Assembly: GCF_009914755.1 (NCBI RefSeq)
Contig: NC_060931.1
DNA: 64,000 nt
From: the human T2T-CHM13v2.0 reference genome, Homo sapiens
Direction: 5' to 3' (one strand)
In this document: positions 56,171 through 64,000 of the stretch, in pieces
Layout of the letters: every line of letters starts with the position of its first letter
Position numbering within the stretch: position 1 is the first letter of the stretch
The notes under the pieces: generated by a model
What the model was told of the DNA's origin: nothing
The model's input: the letters and a program-made list of their open reading frames with translations, nothing else
The model's database searches: none
Position numbers and translations under genes: made by a program

Positions 56171-56419
56171 TTCTCTTTGAAATCTGTCCCAGCTTTTCTC
56201 TGCTTTCCAAGAGCTACCCATTGTAGCCTGGTTTAGGGTAACTGGCATGACTTCCACGGAGCCATTTCCAGTGAATTCTACCCAGCAATAAACGTCTCTA
56301 CAAAGCACTTAGTTCCATAGTAGTCTATCCTGCTTTCTGGTGTTTAATAGATATTTCTCTTCTTTGTGCAACTAATTGTATATTCTTTAAGAAAAGATTT
56401 AATGTCTTATACTCCTATG

Positions 56420-57180
<761 letters not shown>

Positions 57181-58387
57181 AAAGTGCTGTCATCTTCCTT
57201 TCTTTAGTTTCATCATAGTAAGGCTCATAGCTGGTATTTAATAGATACTCATTGATCAATGGATCCAACAAGAATTTTTTTCACTCATTTATTTATCAAA
57301 CATTTAATTGGCTTATTTATTTACTCTCTCTGGATCCTAGGGATTGACTAGTCTGTTCTCTTCCATTGAAAACACCCATTTCACACCTGTAATCCCAGCA
57401 CTTTTGGAGGCCAAGGCAGGTGCTTTGTGGGACTTAAAATGTGTTACTTAACTTTCTTGCAGGGGAAAGAGCACCTGCCAAGTCTATTGTCTCACGGAGA
57501 GTCACCTCCCTAACCTTGGTCTCTGCACCTGTAAAATGACCTTAGCAATATCTACCCTTCCTACCACAGAGGACTTTGGAGAGAATAAAATATGACAAAG
57601 TGTTGGAAGTCTTGTGAAACTTATCTGGAAGGGATATTGTGATTGGTTGGCTCAGGCCCTGAGAGTCCCAGGGCTCTGCTTCTGGTCCAGATTTTGTTAC
57701 TAACGAGGAGAGTGTCTGGACAGGTAACTCAAGAGGGAGGCAATTTATGTTTCTGGTCTCTTTCTCATCTGTCCAATGAGGTACCTGGAAGAGTCAACCC
57801 CCACTGTCCCTTCCTTTTCTAACACTGAATGATGCTATAAACCAAAAATTACAAAGGACTATTGTTTACTTGCAGTACTATATTCTCTCCTAATTTGCTA
57901 CTCCTTTTTTTCCCCTCTAAAGTAAAAAAGTGCTAAACAGTTCCTTTTTGTACATATTATCACAGCTCCACTCAGATAATGTCTCCACTAGGGACAATTT
58001 TTACATGGAGGTCAGCAGTAGCCTATTTGCAACCAAACTGCCAATTGTCCAAGTGGATCAGAATCCTGGAGCTGGGGAATTTGGAGGAGCAGCTACAAAT
58101 GGATAGGAATGTGCACGATTAAAAAAAAAATCAAGCTTTTTTTTGGGAAATAATTTTAGACACACAGGAAGTTGCAAAGATAGTACAGTGAACTCCCATG
58201 TAGGTGCCCTTGATGGTTTTATCTTAATAATTATTAAACAATTGTTTAAGTAATTGAAATAATTATTGAATAAATAATGATAGTACGTCAAAACCTAATA
58301 TGTGACATTGGTACAATCTATGAGTATAGTTCCATGTCATTTTCCCACATATCTAGATGTGTGTGACCACTACCACAACCAAGATAC

Positions 58388-58739
58388 ATGGGATGTTAAT
58401 TTTATGTGTCAACTTGGCTGGCAACAGTATCTGGATACGTGGCCAGATATTATTCTGGATGTTCCTATGAGGTTGTTTTTGAATTAGATTGACATTTAAA
58501 TTGGTGGACTTTGAGTAAAGCAAATCGCCCCACCTTGTGCGGGTAGACCTCATCCAATCAGTAGAAGATGTGAATAGAACAAAAGGCTGATCTCCCCTAA
58601 GCAAGGGGACATTCTGACAGCAGATGGCTGGCCTTGACTTACACTGCAGCATCAGCTGTTCCCCAGGTCTCGCCTGACAGTCTAACCTGCAGAGTCTAGA
58701 CTTGTCAGCCTCCATAATGTTATGAGCCTTCTCCTTAAA

Positions 58740-58798
<59 letters not shown>

Positions 58799-59260
58799 GA
58801 TCGATCTATCTCTATCCATCATCATCTGTCTCTATGTATCTTTGTATCTATCATCTATGTATCTATCAATCATCTATCTGTATGTATCTATGTCTCTATA
58901 TATCACCTATCTATGTCTCTGACTCTATTTATTTATGTATCTATATATCATCTATGTATCTATCATCTACCTATCTGGATCTATGTATCTACATATCATT
59001 TATCTATGTGTCTATCTATGTATCTATCTATGTACCTATCTATGTATCTGCATATGTACCTATTTATGTATCTATCTGTGTATATACAGATGTATGTATG
59101 TATGTATCTATCATGTATCTATGTATCTATTTGTAATCTATGTATGTATATGTGTATTTGTCTGTGTATACGTATGTATGTATTTATCTATCTATCTATG
59201 TATTTATCTACGTATCTCTCTCTCCCAGTTCTTTTTGTCTGGAGAATTATGACTATTACA
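58388..59260 (+). mobile_element. MLT2 LTR containing an expanded (TATC/TATG)n tract (~58740-59220), inserted in an L1MC-like fragment
   Basis: gttaattttatgtgtcaacttggctgg...ccagatattattctggatgtt...gacttgtcagcctccataa. Confidence 0.8.
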
Positions 59261-60944
59261 GCACAGAATTAAGGAAACTGTCCTTTGACCATCAATAGAG
59301 GCGATTGTCAGACACTGAAGTTTGGGCAGCCCTGTCCCCAATACCACTACCTCCAGCTGGATGACTAATGAATGAATTGAAAGTTCTGGTGGTCACTGCT
59401 ACATAACATAGCAGTCCCTCTGGACAGTAAAGAGAGGAGCATGACCTAATGGCCCCAAGTGTTAGGAAACTTTCCATCCCCTGCCAGCTTCATGGCTTGG
59501 AGTCTAAGGCATGCTTCTCACCCTTTCACAGGCTCAGCAAGGCAGGGATCTGAGAGTTTGCATCTCTATTGAGCTCCTAGGTTAGATGAGTGCTTTTGGC
59601 CTGCAGAACACACTCCTAGGCATCAGATGCCCCTGCACTGGACCCCTGGCCCTGACCCCCACTGGATCTGGGATTCTGGGAATTTTACTCAAGTTAGCTG
59701 AGCCTAAATTGCACTATTTACAAATTGGGGGTGATGAGGCCTGGTTTACACACGTGCTGTGAGAGTCGGTGACATCATGCCATGGAGTGCCTAGCAAAGG
59801 TCTGGTACACAGTTATCACTCACGAAGTATTTCTCTTCTTCTCCTCCTTCCTATCCCCAAATGGGGATGACCTTCCCATGGGAGAATAACCAAAGGTTAG
59901 TTTGAACACACACGAAAAGAATAGGACATTCAGGACTGCCTGCCCAGTTTTGAGTTCATATTCTCCCAGGTTTCCCCTTCTTGAATTAGTAACAGGTTAG
60001 ACCTTGTCAAGTCTACATTGATTCTGGTTGGCCCAGAGTCATTTTTGCTTTGGAAACTGTTTTATCATTTTCCACTGGTCCACACTGACCTTTGATATAT
60101 AACTGCTTGAAATGAGTGTTCTTAGGGAATCATTCCCTAAAAAATGGCAGCTTCACCTTATTCCCCATTGTCTTGGAGACTGGGGTCCCAGAGCCCATCT
60201 CAGAATAATCCTTCTGACGATGCACTTTTCCCCTGGGAAGTAAGGTCTCAAAATGCAATTTATTGTAAAACACACAGTGGTTACAGAGCCACCATAATCA
60301 ATTATATACCTTTTATTACCACTCAGATGAGAACAGAAAATGACATCGGGAAGCAGTGAACTCACTAGAAGGGCAGAGAAGGTCATTAAATTCAATATGC
60401 ATCATATTTCATAATCAGAACCCCACAGTCAGCGCTGACACCCCCGAAGGAGTTTGTTGCAGTGATGATAATATAAAACCCACTGTGTCTCCTTCTCCTG
60501 GCTCTCTCTTTCTGGACCCTAGCTAGGGCCAGGCCATTAATCATTGCAGGCAGGGGACGGTGCAGACCACAGCACTCTGGACTGCATAAATTGAAAAGAC
60601 ATCAGTATTGGTGGAGAATACTGTCTTTAGTTTATCTTTGTTTGCAGTACTGGCTTCTGAAGGGCTGGGATGTTATTACAGCTAAACGATCTAATCAGAG
60701 CCCCTCATGGCTTATGTGAGAAGGATTAAGAGGAAGCCCTTTCTTCAGAGAGTGAAGCCTGCATGGAGAGGTTGTGGGGATGCTGACGGAGTCTCCTAGT
60801 TGATGTCCCAAGTGGTATATGGGAATGACCAGGCACTCTTGCAGGCTCGGAGTGGGCCACCAGAGATACTTGGACAGACATCAGGTTTATCTTAGCATTT
60901 TATTTTGATTTTGCATTCTATGCCATAGAGTATATGTTGCTTAA

Positions 60945-61575
<631 letters not shown>

Positions 61576-61784
61576 AAAATTAAAATCCAGGGGCATGTGA
61601 CAAGAATAACCTGAGGTTTCTTGAGTCCAGGGTGTGTACTTAAGAAGTACTTATCTACAAGATAAAATCTTATACTTGATTCAATCATACAAGAACCTGC
61701 AGGACCTAACTCTTTTTTGACTTTTAATCTTAGCACACAAACCCAGCAATTCCTGTTTCCATCACACTGAATCTTTGGATCAAG

Positions 61785-61995
61785 CTTGTCCAACCCGCCA
61801 CCTATGGGCTGCATGTGGCCCGGGATGTCTTTGAATGTGGCCCAATGCAAATTCATAAACTTTCTTAAAACATTATGAGACTTTTTTGCATTTTTTTTTT
61901 TAGCTCGTCAGCTATTGTTAGTGTTAGTGTATTTTATGTATGGCCCAAGACAGTCCTTCTTCCCTGGCCCAGGGAAACCAAAAGATTGAACACCC
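61785..61995. mobile_element. MER30 hAT MITE
   Basis: gcttgtccaacccgc...aaattcataaactttcttaaaacattatgaga...ggcccagggaaaccaaaagattgaacaccc. Confidence 0.8.
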
Positions 61996-62700
61996 TAGCA
62001 TGGCCTTCTCTGTCTCCACGGACCCAAATCTCCCTTGGCCCTTTAAATACACGCTGCCAGCTTCTCTCTGCTGTTATGGAACATATCACAATGAATTCAA
62101 AGTTCTTGGTTTATCCCTTTCTCTATGATGATAAGGTCACCACAGTTTTTAAATGGAAGGGTTAGGATTTAAAATCAAGTAATCCTCATCCCCCAAAAGA
62201 CATCTTACTTGTAATTCAAGAGGTGCTTTAAAAGATGTTGCAGTTAATGTACGAAGTCAGTCCATGAAGAGAAATGCAATAACCAAAATCAGATTGTTAG
62301 CAAAACAGTAAAAGATTGAACTGATGTGGCAGAAAATCAAATTAGCCAAATAAAAGTCAGAATCAAGAAAAAGACACCATATAAAACATTAATAGAAAAA
62401 TAATGCAAAGTGATGAATGTAGGAGAGAGCATGTGGAATTCCAACCCCCCGCTGAAGACATGATAAAAAGGGGAGAAGACAAAGTAATGGTGCAGAATGA
62501 ATAACCAACCAACAGTATAAACAAAGAATGATGCATAGCTTAAAAAAAAAGGAAATTTTAAAATGTTTACTCAACTCCAGGTAAAACTAATAAACAGAGA
62601 GCATTACGAAGATACAGCTTTTTAACTTTCTTCTTTTAATTCAAAGACATAATTTAAGCTTATTGGAGCTGTACTTCAGTGGGGAATACAGATAAAACTT

Positions 62701-63100
<400 letters not shown>

Positions 63101-64000
63101 ACTTTTTTACACTCTTTTTGATCAACCACAAGATATCAGATCACCTATTTTTGGCCATTAAGGGTTTCTCTGGGAGATCCAATAACTTCAGTGACTTTTG
63201 ATTACTAAACATCCCGTCTAAGACTTCAGTCTCATCATGGCTTTTACTCTAATATTTTATTCTAAACTCTCCTCTCGGTGCCTTCACCAACCTCCCAGGG
63301 GAGAAGGAAGGATTGGCAAGCAGGGCCTAATCCTGAGACCAGCCACGTGCTACTCTCCTCTAATGCTCCAGGTTCTCTAGTTGGTTGAAGGAAAGAAGTG
63401 GGGATTCAGGAAATAATTGTCATTTTTCAGCGGTTTCTCAGGTTTTTTTCTGGAATTTCTGGTTCTAACTGCCTATGTCTTCTGCAGATATAGCCATTGA
63501 TATCTTCATAGATGCAATATGAGTTTTCTTACGGTCAAGTTCAACTGCACCTCAGCCCATCCTTCATCTGGACTCTCAAATGGCTTTCTTCCTTTGCCTT
63601 CCAACCATCAGGTCATGCGACCTCTGACAAATAATGTGTTGCCTGCTGGCCTGGCAGCCCTAGTCCTTCTGTCCCCTTCTCTGACCATAGGACTTCCTTG
63701 TGAGCAGTTGCAAGAGCCAGGAAGATCTATTAATTCTCCAAAGAATGGAAGAGGTGGACTGTGGATGACTCATTCCGTCCACATATCCTTTTTTTCCAGG
63801 CACAATACCCTACAGTTTCCTTTTGCCCTTGTGGTGCAGTGAGCCTCCTGCATTAAGAAATCTCTGGAAGGGGAGTGTCTGTGGCTCACATAGGCTTCCA
63901 AACTCCAGGAATCCGTGACAAACCCTCCAACAACTCCTCACTATACTTCTCTTTGTTCTGAGGACTGCACTTGAGTGACCATGTGGATCCTTCAGCTCAA

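Noticed and set aside
58722-59272. Several Tyr/Leu/Ser/Ile-rich ORFs
   Set aside because: Products of the (TATC/TATG)n microsatellite.

Overview
Primate (almost certainly human, given an AluYa5) genomic DNA that is dense in repeats and contains no intact protein-coding gene I can support. The main feature is a ZNF91-like KRAB zinc-finger pseudogene in two oppositely oriented halves. A CpG-island promoter with exon 1 (~26.1-26.8 kb) and a 127-bp KRAB-A exon (18497-18623, first codon GGA>TGA) lie on the minus strand. The last intron, the decayed C2H2 exon and the 3'UTR (~39.45-46.6 kb) lie on the plus strand, and no KRAB-B exon was found. One ~21-kb inversion would restore normal gene order. 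Around it are many Alus, a 5'-truncated L1PA with TSDs, ERV1/ERVL/MaLR LTRs (including a nested stack at 47.5-52.5 kb with an ERVL dUTPase relic) and DNA-transposon MITEs. At fine scale, four ~85-105-bp foreign segments interrupt otherwise recognisable repeats. Two are copies of sequence 1-2.6 kb away (one captured inside a MADE1 MITE, one inside an Alu). Two have no donor I could find in the window but share a 6-nt end. Repeat subfamily names are from recalled consensus sequences, boundaries are approximate unless TSDs are quoted, and all alignments were done by eye.
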